Positions 17,214-27,507 of a DNA stretch of 64,000 nt are shown in pieces. Positions within the stretch are counted from its first letter, which is position 1. Every line of letters begins with the position of its first letter. The translations under genes were made by a program, and so were the position numbers. The notes below the pieces were generated by a model. It was not told the DNA's origin. It ran no database searches and saw nothing but the letters and a program-made list of their open reading frames with translations. The stretch is from contig OZ242029.1 in the NCBI GenBank assembly GCA_965205015.1, positions 5,024,001 to 5,088,000 of the forward strand, given 5' to 3'. Origin of the DNA: Candidatus Poribacteria bacterium. Lineage in GTDB: Bacteria; Poribacteria; WGA-4E; WGA-3G.

Positions 17214-20200
17214 TTAACCTCGAATGTCAATAGATGAACTGCCGTTTCCCCGTTTTCTAACATTGATTTTGACGGGCAAACGCCTCGTTAACTCCTGAAT
17301 GTGGCTGATGAGAAAGATGCTGCGTCCCTGCATACGGAGTCCTTCCAGTGCGGCGATAGCAACGTCAAGTGTCTCGGTATCGAGGGTGCCGAATCCTTCG
17401 TCAAGAAACAGCGAATTGAGTTGCGCTCGTCCGCGACTCAGATCCGCAAGTGCGAGTGCCAACGCGAGACTCGTCAGGAACGATTCCCCACCGGAGAGGG
17501 TTTCAACAGGACGTTCTTCATTGGCATTCCATCGGTCGATAACAGTCAAATCACCGATTCCCTCAACTTTAAGCTGGTACCGCTCAGAGGTGAGGTATTT
17601 TAACTGATCGTTTGCTAAATTGCCCATCTGCCTAAACATAATCTCCAAAGCAAAATCGCGTAAGTCATTAGCAGGGATTATCTCCCGTAGCCTTTTCCAA
17701 CGCGTCAATTCCACTTCGGCTGCAGCGATTTCACTACCGAGAGCCTCCCGTTTTTCAAGTGCATCTTTTAAGTTGTCAATTCTCTGCTGTTGCGCGCCAA
17801 CTTCCTGCTGTGCTGCTTGAAGTTGCTCTCCAATTTCTGCGGCTTGAACTTCAATTCGTCCTAATGCTTCTGGATCGAACGGCGTTTCCTCAAATCGGGT
17901 TCGCAACGTGGCAATTTCGATCTCAAGTTGTTGCTTTTCATCTTCGTAAGCATCAATTTGATCAGTGAGTTCCTGCAGCTGCGAATCATCTCGAAAAGCG
18001 TTGTCGTGTGCTTCTGGTGAATCAAATCCTGCCTCACTTAATTTTTGAAAGTAAGCATCGCGCGCGGTTTTAAGTTTTTCGGAGGCTTCTTTATACTGAT
18101 TCTCACAATGCACATGCGTCGTCTGCTTTTGGGTAAGCAGCGTTTGACTCTCTTGCAATTGTTGAGTAGCCTCATCGCGCTCAGTGTTTTTCAACTGGAG
18201 CCGCTTTTCCAATTCATCAATAGCAGCGTTAATCGCATCCTCCGTTTCCAAGCCACCGGTTTTGGCACGAACGACATTCAAAAACGCCGCGCCTTCGCGG
18301 CGGTATTCGTCTATCTCGGCTTGCAAATTATCACGGTCTTGCCGTAAATTCTCAAGACTATTCTGGTCTGCCTCAATTTTAGCGTCAAGCAGTTTAAGAT
18401 CGGTTTGTGTCGTATCCAGTTTGTCCTTGTGCGTCTCAACTTTCTCAATCTTCTCGCTAAACTGCTGCACAGCCTCCTTCGGCACAACGCCATGAAAAAT
18501 CCTCGGTAGTAACTCCCAAAAACGATTCTCAGTAGACGCAATGTCCACTCTCAAAGTCTCAACATCACTACTCACATTTCGCAATTGCGCCTCCGCTTCA
18601 TCCAAAGATTGATTCTCGCTTTTAATGTTGCTTTCACAGTTTTCGAGTCGTTGTGTCGCCATTTGGCAAGCGTGCTGTGCCTGTGTATGTGCTTGGTCAG
18701 CTTCCACAATATCCGCAATAGCAATGTCCGCCTCCGCGATCTGCTCGGCTATCCACTCGGCTGAAATATCAGTATCCGGATAGAACTCCTGCCATTCAGT
18801 GAGAAGTTTCGCTGCCTCCGCTCGCAGCGTCTCTATTTCTGCTGCGCATGTTTCAATTTGATCGACAGTGTTGCGTTCATTCTGTTCGGTTTGAATATGC
18901 TTCGTTTGCAGAGCCTGCAGCTGCTCTTGTGCGGCTTGTGCCTCAGTTTTCGCGTTTTTTAAGGCACTTTCAGCGGCTTGTATCAGTTCCTCACCTTCAG
19001 GTTCCATAATATCAGCGAATGGATGTTCCGTCGCGCCACACACCAAGCAAGGTTCTCCCGTGTGCAGATGCTGTCGAAATTCATTGATCGGATTTGCCCA
19101 CATCACCGATTTTAGTTCACCTTCACAGCGTTGGACAACTTCGACTGCCAACTGACATACCTCTGTGCGTCGGTCTAATTCGGTTTTAAGCTGTTCAAGT
19201 TCTGTGTCCACCGCTGCTTTTGCTGTGTTTAGTTCGCGCAAACGATTTTCGGAATCTGCCAAGTCATCTATCGTCGTGTCATATTTCTGCACAATAGGCT
19301 GTGCTTTGGCAGCCTGCTGTTTTCGGGATGTCCATTCCTCTCGAGTACTGGTTGCCAGCAGTTCGTTCAATTCAGCCGAGGCTTCTTTTAACGTAACCTC
19401 TGCCTCTGCCTTTTCCGCGAGTCCTTTTTCGTGAGCCTTAGACAGTTCTTCGATGTCACATCTTAACGACGATACTTTCTTTTCATGCTGTGCTTTGTTC
19501 ATCGAGGCGGTTTCCAACTGATCTGTTTGCGAATCGAGTTGTGCCAGAAAACCGGTTGCCCGCGTAAGACGTTGTTGTCGGTCTAATGGAAGCGGGTTTT
19601 CATCTAAAAAGGTGTGTGCCTCGTTAATCTGTTTCTGCAAATCGGTTTGTTCAGTCTTTTTGCTGGCTAACCCGTCTGAAAGTATCTTAATCTGATTATC
19701 CAAGTCTGTCAATTTTGGAGTTCGGTTAGCCGCCTCTTCCAATTGATCCAAGGCACGTCTTACATCCAATTTAGCAGCATTGTAAATCGCCGTTTTTTCT
19801 GTGTGTTCCGTTGATGCTGCCTGATACACCTCTTCTTTTTCGTCAAAATCGGCTTTGTCGGCTTTCACCTGTTTTTCCGCATCCGTTTTCCCGGTTGTTG
19901 CTGTATCAAGTGCCTCCTCTGCCTCTTCGCGCTCCGATTTTGCGGTATCATACTCCCGTTTTTCAGAGCGTAAATCCTTAGCACGTTGTGCATGCTCCAA
20001 TTCTACTTGGAGGGCATCAACCTCCGGTTGCAGATTCAGGAGTTCTACTTGACGCTTTTCTGAAGATTGGAGTTTTTCGGAGTCCTCTTTGCGTTTCGTT
20101 TCCCGATCTTTCTCCTGCTGAATTTGCTGACTTTGCCCCCCTAACGCCTCGGCTTCCACCTGTAAATTGTCAAATTCTGTCTCGGCTTCCGTGAGTTGCT

Positions 20201-20858
20201 CGTGAGAGGCTTCTGGGATTTTGTTCAATTTGTCCAGGACATCGGCATTCGCTGCCTCCACCTCGTTAATTTTATCATTTAATGTTTGTCTGAGTAAATC
20301 GTAGATATGGATACCCGCGGTCGCTTCCAATATTGTGCGTCTATCTTCCTTACTCGCTTTCAAAAACGCCGCAAATTCCCCTTGCGCCAGCATAACAGAA
20401 CGTTTGAAGGCATCAAAATCAAGCCCCAAAATTGCCATAACTTCTTCGCTTACCGTGTTTTGGCTCATACCGAGAGATTTACCGCGGCTTGACAGTTTAT
20501 CACTGATTAATTTTCCATCCTCCGCATAAAGTAACTGCCCTTTTGGAGAACCTCCTTGTTTAACAGACCAAGTGGCGATATAACGGGTATTATTTGCAAT
20601 AAAATGGACTTCAGCGAACCCTTCTTTTTCGCCATGACTGATAAGGTGCTTCGGATTTTGGCTGCCTTGTCCGGTCAAACGCGGTGTTTTCCCGTAGAGA
20701 GCGACACAAATAGCGTCCAACAGTGTCGTCTTCCCCGCGCCTGTCGGACCGGTAATCGCCACGAGCGAAGCATCATCTAACGGTGGGTTTTCAAAATCAA
20801 CTTCAACCTGCTCCCGAAAACTATTCAGATTCTTAAGTTTTAATTTACATATTTTCAT
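17214..20858 (-). CDS. sbcC: SbcC (Rad50-like SMC ATPase)
   Basis: GPTGAGKT, LAQGEF, long coiled coil, zinc hook CLVCG, LSGGE, FLDEGFG. Confidence 0.95.
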   Translation of the reverse strand: MKICKLKLKNLNSFREQVEVDFENPPLDDASLVAITGPTGAGKTTLLDAICVALYGKTPRLTGQGSQNPKHLISHGEKEGFAEVHFIANNTRYIATWSVKQGGSPKGQLLYAEDGKLISDKLSSRGKSLGMSQNTVSEEVMAILGLDFDAFKRSVMLAQGEFAAFLKASKEDRRTILEATAGIHIYDLLRQTLNDKINEVEAANADVLDKLNKIPEASHEQLTEAETEFDNLQVEAEALGGQSQQIQQEKDRETKRKEDSEKLQSSEKRQVELLNLQPEVDALQVELEHAQRAKDLRSEKREYDTAKSEREEAEEALDTATTGKTDAEKQVKADKADFDEKEEVYQAASTEHTEKTAIYNAAKLDVRRALDQLEEAANRTPKLTDLDNQIKILSDGLASKKTEQTDLQKQINEAHTFLDENPLPLDRQQRLTRATGFLAQLDSQTDQLETASMNKAQHEKKVSSLRCDIEELSKAHEKGLAEKAEAEVTLKEASAELNELLATSTREEWTSRKQQAAKAQPIVQKYDTTIDDLADSENRLRELNTAKAAVDTELEQLKTELDRRTEVCQLAVEVVQRCEGELKSVMWANPINEFRQHLHTGEPCLVCGATEHPFADIMEPEGEELIQAAESALKNAKTEAQAAQEQLQALQTKHIQTEQNERNTVDQIETCAAEIETLRAEAAKLLTEWQEFYPDTDISAEWIAEQIAEADIAIADIVEADQAHTQAQHACQMATQRLENCESNIKSENQSLDEAEAQLRNVSSDVETLRVDIASTENRFWELLPRIFHGVVPKEAVQQFSEKIEKVETHKDKLDTTQTDLKLLDAKIEADQNSLENLRQDRDNLQAEIDEYRREGAAFLNVVRAKTGGLETEDAINAAIDELEKRLQLKNTERDEATQQLQESQTLLTQKQTTHVHCENQYKEASEKLKTARDAYFQKLSEAGFDSPEAHDNAFRDDSQLQELTDQIDAYEDEKQQLEIEIATLRTRFEETPFDPEALGRIEVQAAEIGEQLQAAQQEVGAQQQRIDNLKDALEKREALGSEIAAAEVELTRWKRLREIIPANDLRDFALEIMFRQMGNLANDQLKYLTSERYQLKVEGIGDLTVIDRWNANEERPVETLSGGESFLTSLALALALADLSRGRAQLNSLFLDEGFGTLDTETLDVAIAALEGLRMQGRSIFLISHIQELTRRLPVKINVRKRGNGSSSIDIRG

Positions 20859-22027
20859 TGCGTCTCCTCAACCATCTGGAGCAATTCGCTGAATGTTTGC
20901 GTCAAGGTTGCATCCGGTGATTCACCCTCGAATTTTGCCTTGTAAAATTGTTCAAAGATTTTTTCGGGACGTTCCATTTCCTCAAGAGGGATCGGAGGTC
21001 CCTGCTTTACTTCCGGCACTTCAATCTCAACGCTCAGCACCTCGCCGCCACGTTCGCTGAAGGCTTGACGAATTTTATCACCGATACCAACGGTTGGTTG
21101 ATTTAATTTCAGTTTCACTTGGATGTATTTGCCATCCCATGTCCCTGTTCCTGCTTCCCAAAGGATGGAATTCGCATCACCTTCAACAGTACACAGTGCC
21201 TTGAAAACAGGAATCTCAATCCCTTCATCTCGCACCAGCGATCCATCATCAAGCAATTCCAACAGATAAATTTGCTTGGAATAGTTTGCCTCGTTGAACC
21301 GCAGGGGGATTGGTGAACCTGAATACCGGATGGGGTAATCGGTGCCTTTAATAGTTTGCGGCCTGTGGAGATGCCCAAGCGCAACATAATTCACACCGTC
21401 TGGAAAATCAGTGGCGCGTATAGCGGTTGCTCCGCCAATCTGAATATTTCGCTCAGAATGGGTCTCTTGTCCACCGTGAACGAAGAGATGTCCCATCAAA
21501 ATTTTAGGGAGTTCCGCCGGCATGGTGCCGACACAATCGGCATAGAATGATTTGAGGCGCTCTCGATACCGTTCGCTCTTTTCTATCTCTGTCTCATAAG
21601 AGAGATATGGGAGCTCTGTCTCGGAAAGGTAGGGGACAGCTGCAACTGTAACCTGTGGATCGTCGGGCGGAAAGGAGAACACACACGCATGTGCTTCAGC
21701 TGCGAGTCCAACGACGTGGATCCTCCCCATCTTAAGAAATTCTCGCGGCGCTTCTAAGTGTCGCGCTGAATCGTGATTGCCAGCAGTAATTACCGTGTAG
21801 ACATCGGTTTCATTGAAGAGGCGGTAGAGAAACCGATAATAGAGGTTCGTTGCTTCTGCTGAGGGGAGGGACGTATCAAAAATATCGCCGGAAACGAGGA
21901 GGAGATCGACCTTACGTTCCTGAATTGTTTCAAGGAGCCAATCCAAGAATTGTGCGTGTTCATCAAGTCGGGAGCGTTCGTGGAGCCGTTGTCCGATGTG
22001 CCAATCGGCGGTGTGTATGATTTTCAT
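20855..22027 (-). CDS. sbcD: SbcD (Mre11-like nuclease)
   Basis: HTADWHIG, SGDIFD, GNHDS, GHLF, ALGHLH, YSGSP. Confidence 0.95.
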   Translation of the reverse strand: MKIIHTADWHIGQRLHERSRLDEHAQFLDWLLETIQERKVDLLLVSGDIFDTSLPSAEATNLYYRFLYRLFNETDVYTVITAGNHDSARHLEAPREFLKMGRIHVVGLAAEAHACVFSFPPDDPQVTVAAVPYLSETELPYLSYETEIEKSERYRERLKSFYADCVGTMPAELPKILMGHLFVHGGQETHSERNIQIGGATAIRATDFPDGVNYVALGHLHRPQTIKGTDYPIRYSGSPIPLRFNEANYSKQIYLLELLDDGSLVRDEGIEIPVFKALCTVEGDANSILWEAGTGTWDGKYIQVKLKLNQPTVGIGDKIRQAFSERGGEVLSVEIEVPEVKQGPPIPLEEMERPEKIFEQFYKAKFEGESPDATLTQTFSELLQMVEETQ

Positions 22028-22133
22028 AGAGGTTCGTGAGCCGTGCTAAAACGTCTGTTAAAGATAAAGAGTACAGGTATCATACCAAATTTCGGATATA
22101 TTTTCAAACAGAATTCATTAATAAACCTTTTCT

Positions 22134-23473
22134 CAGGGTCATTCAATTTTAAGATTCCTCATTTTATGAGGTTAACTGCGAGTATAGGTTTTGCTGCGAG
22201 ATATTGGAGAGCATCAGTGATTTTTGTATGTCCGGTGAATCGTAAAACAGAAAGTGCCGTGTTTCGCATGGCTGCCATGACTTGAGGGATCACGCCGGTT
22301 CGGACGCATGAGGCATCCTCTCGAAAGACGGTATCTCGGACCCAATGAAGTTTATTCTCAATCGTCCAATGCTCACGTCGGAGTTTGAGCAAATCCGCTG
22401 CCGAGGCACGTTGAGGGGTCAGACTCGTGATGCCATACTGCACGTGGCACTTGACCTTTTTGGTGTTTTTCTGTTCCTGGTGTGTGATGTATTGATAAAC
22501 TTGCTGTAGCCCTGGCCAGTCGGAATCCTCTCTCAAGAGGGTGCTTGCGGTGAGGGTGCGAGTGGTAATCCTACCTTTTGCGTCTTCTATGTCTGTATAC
22601 GTCTGAAGTGTTGCCTCGTTTTCTACGTGAAGGTTTTCAAACCGGCGATGCTCGACTTCAGGGGGGTCAGTTTCATCAAAGGGTTCAAAGAGGTCTCGAA
22701 TATCTTCATATAACTGCTTCTGATTCGCTTTGACGGGGAGGCAATAATCTGCGTGATTTTCAAGAATCTGTTGACAGAACTTACGTTGGCTGAGAAGGGC
22801 ATCGGTGGTAATAACCAGACCTGCGACATCAAAGGCTTTCAGGAGTTCGATGGAAAGTGGGATTTCATTGGTCTTTTCACCCACCGCAGTTTCTGCCACA
22901 GGGATGCCTACCTCATGAAAGACGGCTGCGAGGAGATGTGTCCTGCGGGCATCTTCGCTATGACTGTTGCCTAAGGTTTTGCCATCTATGGCAAGTCCCT
23001 TCAAGCCAGACGTGGAAATGGGCAAACTGGCTAAAGTCTGTGTTGTCCACTGCGTGAGCGTCTTTTCTACAGCCGTGATGTCCAGACGTTGATAAAGATA
23101 ATGAAACGTCGATGCTGCCGGGGTTTGTTTGGCTCTGAACCCCAAGGCGTTTGGCAGGTCTGGGTGGAGGCGTGCCCATTTGGCAATCTGTGTATAGCTG
23201 CGTTGTCCACACAAGAGTCCGACAACCGTGAGGGCGAGCATCGCGGCTAAGGGGTGGCGGCGTCCTTTTTTCTTGCGTGGATCTGGCACTTTTGCTAACA
23301 TATCAAGTAAGTGGCAAGAGGAACGTCTTGTCATGATTCACCTCAAAAACGTGGTAATTTTTAGGGTGAAGTATAGCAGAAGTCGCGTGAAAAGTCACGC
23401 GACTTCTGCTTATCTGAAAATATTAACACCTGTGAAAAATATGACACCAAAAACCTACAATTGAATGGCCCTG
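22134..23473 (-). mobile_element. Complete ISAs1-family insertion sequence, 1340 bp
   Basis: TIRs cagggtcattcaatt (22134-22148) and aattgaatggccctg (23459-23473), 14/15 match. 10-bp target duplication aaccttttct (22124-22133, 23474-23483). Confidence 0.93.
22159..23334 (-). CDS. ISAs1 family transposase
   Basis: VPDPR...GRRHPL, AIDGKTL, KTNEI, TDALLSQR, VKANQ, REHWTIENKLHWVRD..FRED. Confidence 0.95.
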   Translation of the reverse strand: MTRRSSCHLLDMLAKVPDPRKKKGRRHPLAAMLALTVVGLLCGQRSYTQIAKWARLHPDLPNALGFRAKQTPAASTFHYLYQRLDITAVEKTLTQWTTQTLASLPISTSGLKGLAIDGKTLGNSHSEDARRTHLLAAVFHEVGIPVAETAVGEKTNEIPLSIELLKAFDVAGLVITTDALLSQRKFCQQILENHADYCLPVKANQKQLYEDIRDLFEPFDETDPPEVEHRRFENLHVENEATLQTYTDIEDAKGRITTRTLTASTLLREDSDWPGLQQVYQYITHQEQKNTKKVKCHVQYGITSLTPQRASAADLLKLRREHWTIENKLHWVRDTVFREDASCVRTGVIPQVMAAMRNTALSVLRFTGHTKITDALQYLAAKPILAVNLIK

Positions 23474-23492
23474 AACCTTTTCTACATTCTAC

Positions 23493-23521
23493 TTGACAAT
23501 AAACAAGGACTTCGCTAAAAT
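23493..23521 (+). promoter_or_regulatory. Sigma70-type promoter for the Uma2 gene
   Basis: TTGACA-17-TAAAAT. Confidence 0.65.
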
Positions 23522-23618
23522 TAGAGGAAACCTTTCAGCAACTTTCAAAAACTGGTGAGGGCGGTTTTCACGCGCTTACGCACGTCAGGAACAGCCGCGC
23601 ACGGATACGGAGGAAACC

Positions 23619-24503
23619 ATGGGTACCCTAAACGATTTTCAACGCAAGCAAAGAAAATACATGCCTATCTTTCCAAAAGCACCCGGAAAACCGACCATTT
23701 ACATCGAAGGCTACCCTTGTGAGGACGATGAGCCTATGGCGGCAACAGGATTTCACGGTGAACAGATTGGAATCTTTTCTGAACAACTCTTGCGATATTT
23801 TGCGATCAATCCACACATCTACATTGGTGTTGACAACTTTATCTATTACCGGGAAAGCGACATCACAAAATTCGTTGCTCCCGATGTTTACGTTGTTTTT
23901 GGCGTTGCTAAATATCCACAGCGGCGAAGTTTTTATACCTGGGCAGAAGGTGCCGTTCCTACGGCGGTCTTTGAATTTCTGTCCGATGCGCCAGCAGATC
24001 AGGATCGCCACGAAAAAGTCCGCCTCTATCTGAGGGATATGGGGGTTCAAGAGTATTTTATTCATCAACCCGATATGGAGCGTCCTATAGAATTCCGCGG
24101 GTGGCGGCGAACTGCCACAAGCGACATCCTTGAGATTGAATCTGATGCACAGGGGGGCTTGTTCAGCGAAGCGTTAAATCTCTATTTTCGGTGGGAGGAT
24201 CAACTTGAGACCCATGTCAGACTTTTGCGTCCGTATCTTCCAGATAGCACGCCGATTACGACTTCTATGGAGGAGCATCACCTTCGGTTGGAAGAGACCC
24301 AACGGAGAGAGGCAGCAGAAATGCGCGAAACTGCAGAAGCACAACGGCGACAGGAAGCCGAGATACACGCCGCTGTAGAAGCACAACGGCGACAGGAAGC
24401 TGAGACACACGCCGCTGTAGAAGCACAACGGCGACAGGAAGTAGAAGCCGAGTTAGAACGTCTCCGTGCCCAACTCGCTAACTCACAAGAAAGCGACACT
24501 TAA
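23619..24503 (+). CDS. Uma2 (DUF820) PD-(D/E)XK endonuclease-like protein with coiled-coil tail
   Basis: EPMA....H, DNFIYY, VAPDVYVVFGV, VFEFLS, GVQEYF; E/A/R/Q-rich tail. RBS ggagg. Confidence 0.88.
   Translation: MGTLNDFQRKQRKYMPIFPKAPGKPTIYIEGYPCEDDEPMAATGFHGEQIGIFSEQLLRYFAINPHIYIGVDNFIYYRESDITKFVAPDVYVVFGVAKYPQRRSFYTWAEGAVPTAVFEFLSDAPADQDRHEKVRLYLRDMGVQEYFIHQPDMERPIEFRGWRRTATSDILEIESDAQGGLFSEALNLYFRWEDQLETHVRLLRPYLPDSTPITTSMEEHHLRLEETQRREAAEMRETAEAQRRQEAEIHAAVEAQRRQEAETHAAVEAQRRQEVEAELERLRAQLANSQESDT
24336..24441 (+). repeat. 42-bp in-frame tandem repeat (~2.5 copies)
   Basis: gaagcacaacggcgacaggaag recurs at 24336, 24378 and 24420, encoding EAQRRQEAE[I/T]HAAV. Confidence 0.9.
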
Positions 24504-24523
24504 CGGGTTCTTCCCCCACGTAC

Positions 24524-24901
24524 CAATTACGTGCCGAAAGCGACGGCTCAATGAAATACGAACACGCCATCGCCTTCTTCCAAAGTCTTTTAGCATCCAT
24601 CCGTCCCACTGAGACGCAACTGTTTACCAACTATCCGAACCCATTCAATCCAGAAACCTGGATACCGTATCAGTTAGCGAAGGCGAGCGATGTGCAGATT
24701 ACGATTTACGATGGGCGCGGGATAGTCGTTCGGCAGTTGGTGTTGGGGCATCAAACCTCAGGCGTTTACACGAGTCGGAGCCGTGCGGCGTATTGGGATG
24801 GTCGCAATACTTTAGGTGAGCGTGTCGCCAGTGACATCTATTTCTACCAACTCCAAGCAGCGGGGGTTTCATCCTTGAGAAAGATGTTAATCCTAAAATA
24901 A
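24524..24901 (+). pseudogene. Orphan C-terminal FlgD-Ig/T9SS-sorting-like domain, probably a remnant of a large secreted protein
   Basis: TQLFTNYPNPFNPETWIPYQLA...WDGRN..GE.VAS..YFYQL...RKMLILK. No signal peptide; plausible coding continues upstream of ATG 24551 (QLRAESDGS-MKY). Confidence 0.65.
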
Positions 24902-24936
24902 GGGTGTATACTGCTATTACATACGGAGCGAAAATC

Positions 24937-26457
24937 ATGAACACAACCATCCAAAAAACAGAAGCACTCATCCATTCCACACGCGTACTCGATGCGATGT
25001 ATGAGAGTGATCCTTACCGACCCCGTTACCATTTCACACCGCCGTTCGGTTGGATGAACGATATCAACGGTTCGATCTTTTGGAAGGGACGCTACCATAT
25101 CTTCTATCAACACAACCCTGAAGGTGGCTATTGGAAATGGATGCAATGGGGACACGCATCGAGCGTGGATCTGGTGCATTGGGTGCATCATCCCATCGCT
25201 TTAACGCCCGACCTCGATGGACCTGATCGAAACGGATGCTTTAGCGGTGGTGCCCTCGTGAGCCGAGAGGGAGTCCCGGCGTTCATCTATCATGGGGTCC
25301 CCGACGGAACGTGTATCGCAACGAGTGATGATGATTTACTCATCACGTGGGACAAACATCCAGCCAACCCGGTAATTCCAGTCCCCGCACCCGGCGAGAA
25401 AGGACACGGTGAATATATTGTATATGATCCATGTGCTTGGTTGGAAGGTGATACGTATTACGCCCTCATCGGAAACACGATCCCCGGACAGATTGGGGAC
25501 GGAACTGCCCTGTTTAAGTCGTCTGACCTCGTGGCATGGGAGTTTGTCCGCTCCTTTTATCAATCGCGGCGCGAATGGACAGATCCAGAGGAGGACTGTG
25601 CGGTCCCCGATTTTTATCCGTTAGGCGATAAGCACATGTTGCTGTTCTGTAGCCACTGGCAAGGCACACAGTATTACCTCGGCAGATTTGAAAATGAACG
25701 GTATTATGCTGAAAGTTACGGACGGATGAGTTGGGCGGGCGGACTGCTCGGTGGACCCCGCTCGCTGTCAGACGCGCAAGGACGCCGTATCTTTTTCGAT
25801 TGGATTCGCGAAATTCGCGGCGTTGAACAGGAACGTGCCGCGGGTTGGTCAGGGGTTATGACACTCCCACGAATTCTTTCTCTCGCAACCGATGGTAGTT
25901 TACAGATTGGACCCGTGCCGGAATTGGAGTGTCTACGGATGAACCCGAAAGCACGTAAAAATATCACGCTGAACGCGGATGCGTTGAACTTAGAAGAAAT
26001 CCAGGGGAACTGCCTTGAATTGGTTGTCGAAATTGATCCCGGCGATGCAACCGAAGTCGGCGTCCAGGTGCTCTGCTCACCCGATCAGGCTGAACACACC
26101 GGTGTTTTATATGTTCCAACGGAAAGAACGTTAAAAATTGACATCAGTCGTTCCACTCTAAACGAAGCCATCGTGTATCCACACTACCGAGACCCGGGTG
26201 GCACTGCGAGATTGCCGGAATCAGAGCAGTTTGTCGATGCACAGCGCGCACCGTTCACGCTGAAGGACAGAGAAACGCTCCAACTCCGCATCTATGTTGA
26301 TAAGTCCGTGGTTGAAGTGTTCGCGAATGGTAGGCAGTGTATTACACAGCGGGTCTATCCGACGCGAGCCGAGAGTACGGGGGTTCGATTGGTAAGCAGT
26401 GACGGACTGGCACACTTTCGATCCGTTCAAGCATGGGAGATGGCACCCGCATTTTGA
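24937..26457 (+). CDS. Glycoside hydrolase family 32
   Basis: RPRYHF, WMNDING, YHIFYQHNP, WGHASS.DL, FSG, YDP (RDP-like), EVFAN. Confidence 0.92.
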   Translation: MNTTIQKTEALIHSTRVLDAMYESDPYRPRYHFTPPFGWMNDINGSIFWKGRYHIFYQHNPEGGYWKWMQWGHASSVDLVHWVHHPIALTPDLDGPDRNGCFSGGALVSREGVPAFIYHGVPDGTCIATSDDDLLITWDKHPANPVIPVPAPGEKGHGEYIVYDPCAWLEGDTYYALIGNTIPGQIGDGTALFKSSDLVAWEFVRSFYQSRREWTDPEEDCAVPDFYPLGDKHMLLFCSHWQGTQYYLGRFENERYYAESYGRMSWAGGLLGGPRSLSDAQGRRIFFDWIREIRGVEQERAAGWSGVMTLPRILSLATDGSLQIGPVPELECLRMNPKARKNITLNADALNLEEIQGNCLELVVEIDPGDATEVGVQVLCSPDQAEHTGVLYVPTERTLKIDISRSTLNEAIVYPHYRDPGGTARLPESEQFVDAQRAPFTLKDRETLQLRIYVDKSVVEVFANGRQCITQRVYPTRAESTGVRLVSSDGLAHFRSVQAWEMAPAF

Positions 26458-26464
26458 GAGAAAG

Positions 26465-26493
26465 TTGACTTTTGTATCAAAATAGCATATACT
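26465..26493 (+). promoter_or_regulatory. Sigma70-type promoter
   Basis: TTGACT-17-TATACT upstream of the AKR gene. Confidence 0.65.
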
Positions 26494-26516
26494 CTTCCTA
26501 ACGTTCAAGGATAAAT

Positions 26517-26614
26517 TAGCGATCAGCAAAGAGGTGTTCTTAAGCGAGACACTCTTCTACTGACGGAGACCGAAAGGGTTTTTTCAAAAAATTCGCCCCG
26601 ACTGCTGATGGCTA
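26517..26614. repeat. Structured MITE-like element (homologous to 42521-42630)
   Basis: Ends tagcgatcagca/tgctgatggcta (11/12 inverted); internal hairpin aagag...ctctt. Confidence 0.6.
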
Positions 26615-26644
26615 TTCTTGCGGATAGCCATAGAGGTAAACATC

Positions 26645-27451
26645 ATGGCTTATGAAATTCCGAAAACAGTCTTAGGTCGTACAGGTTTGACAGTGACTCG
26701 ACTCGGTACCGGTGGCGCGTATTGCGAATCCGCTGACGGCTACCGCAAAGCACTTGATGCCGGTGTCAATTATATGGATACGGCGCGCGCCTACAGAGAT
26801 GGCGAGGATGAAAAAGTCATTGGAGCCGCCATAAAAGGGCAGCGCGATCGGCTGATTCTTGCGACGAAAACTGATAAGCGCGACGCAAAAAGCGCACGGA
26901 CAGATCTCGAAACATCGTTACGGCTGCTTGGCGTTGATTATATTGATGTCTATCAACTCCATCATCTGAATACAAAAAATGAGCGCGACCAAGCCTTGGC
27001 ACCCGGCGGCGCATTGGAGATGGCGCAAAAGGCACGAGATGAAGGCCTCATCCGCTTCATCGGTGTCACTGGACACGATTGGGTCGAGATACAGCACGCC
27101 GTTGACACGGGATTTTTCGATACCGTCCTTTGTTGGTATAACTGTGCAATGAAGACCCCAGAGGATACGGTTTTCCCCGCTGCCGACAGACATAATACCG
27201 GCGTGGTCATTATGAATGCTTCGCGGAATGACAGACTTTTTGGGGACGCAGACGCACCAGCTCCAGAGCAATTCTACCGCTATGTGCTCAGTCATAAGAG
27301 TGTAAACCTCACGATTATGGGATTGAGAGACATTGAACGCTTCCATCGGGTTGCAAAGGCACTCTCCGAACAAGAGACCTTAGCATCGGAGGCGCGAATA
27401 GATATGGAAAAATACGGCGCACAACGGCTCGAAGAAGGCGCGCTCACTTAA
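26645..27451 (+). CDS. Aldo/keto reductase
   Basis: LGRTGLTVTRLG, DTARAY, LATK, SLRLLGVDYIDVYQLH. ATG 26645 follows gagg. Confidence 0.92.
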   Translation: MAYEIPKTVLGRTGLTVTRLGTGGAYCESADGYRKALDAGVNYMDTARAYRDGEDEKVIGAAIKGQRDRLILATKTDKRDAKSARTDLETSLRLLGVDYIDVYQLHHLNTKNERDQALAPGGALEMAQKARDEGLIRFIGVTGHDWVEIQHAVDTGFFDTVLCWYNCAMKTPEDTVFPAADRHNTGVVIMNASRNDRLFGDADAPAPEQFYRYVLSHKSVNLTIMGLRDIERFHRVAKALSEQETLASEARIDMEKYGAQRLEEGALT

Positions 27452-27507
27452 CACCAACACTGACATGCGTCAACGAGACAACTTGGTAACAACGGATAGG
27501 ATTTTTA

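Noticed and set aside
17214-22027. SMC-like ATPase plus nuclease as a Wadjet or Lamassu defence system
   Set aside because: Canonical SbcC zinc hook and SbcD phosphoesterase motifs indicate housekeeping repair.
24336-24441. Regularly spaced direct repeats resembling a mini CRISPR
   Set aside because: The 'spacers' are near-identical and in frame within a coiled coil, and there are no cas genes.
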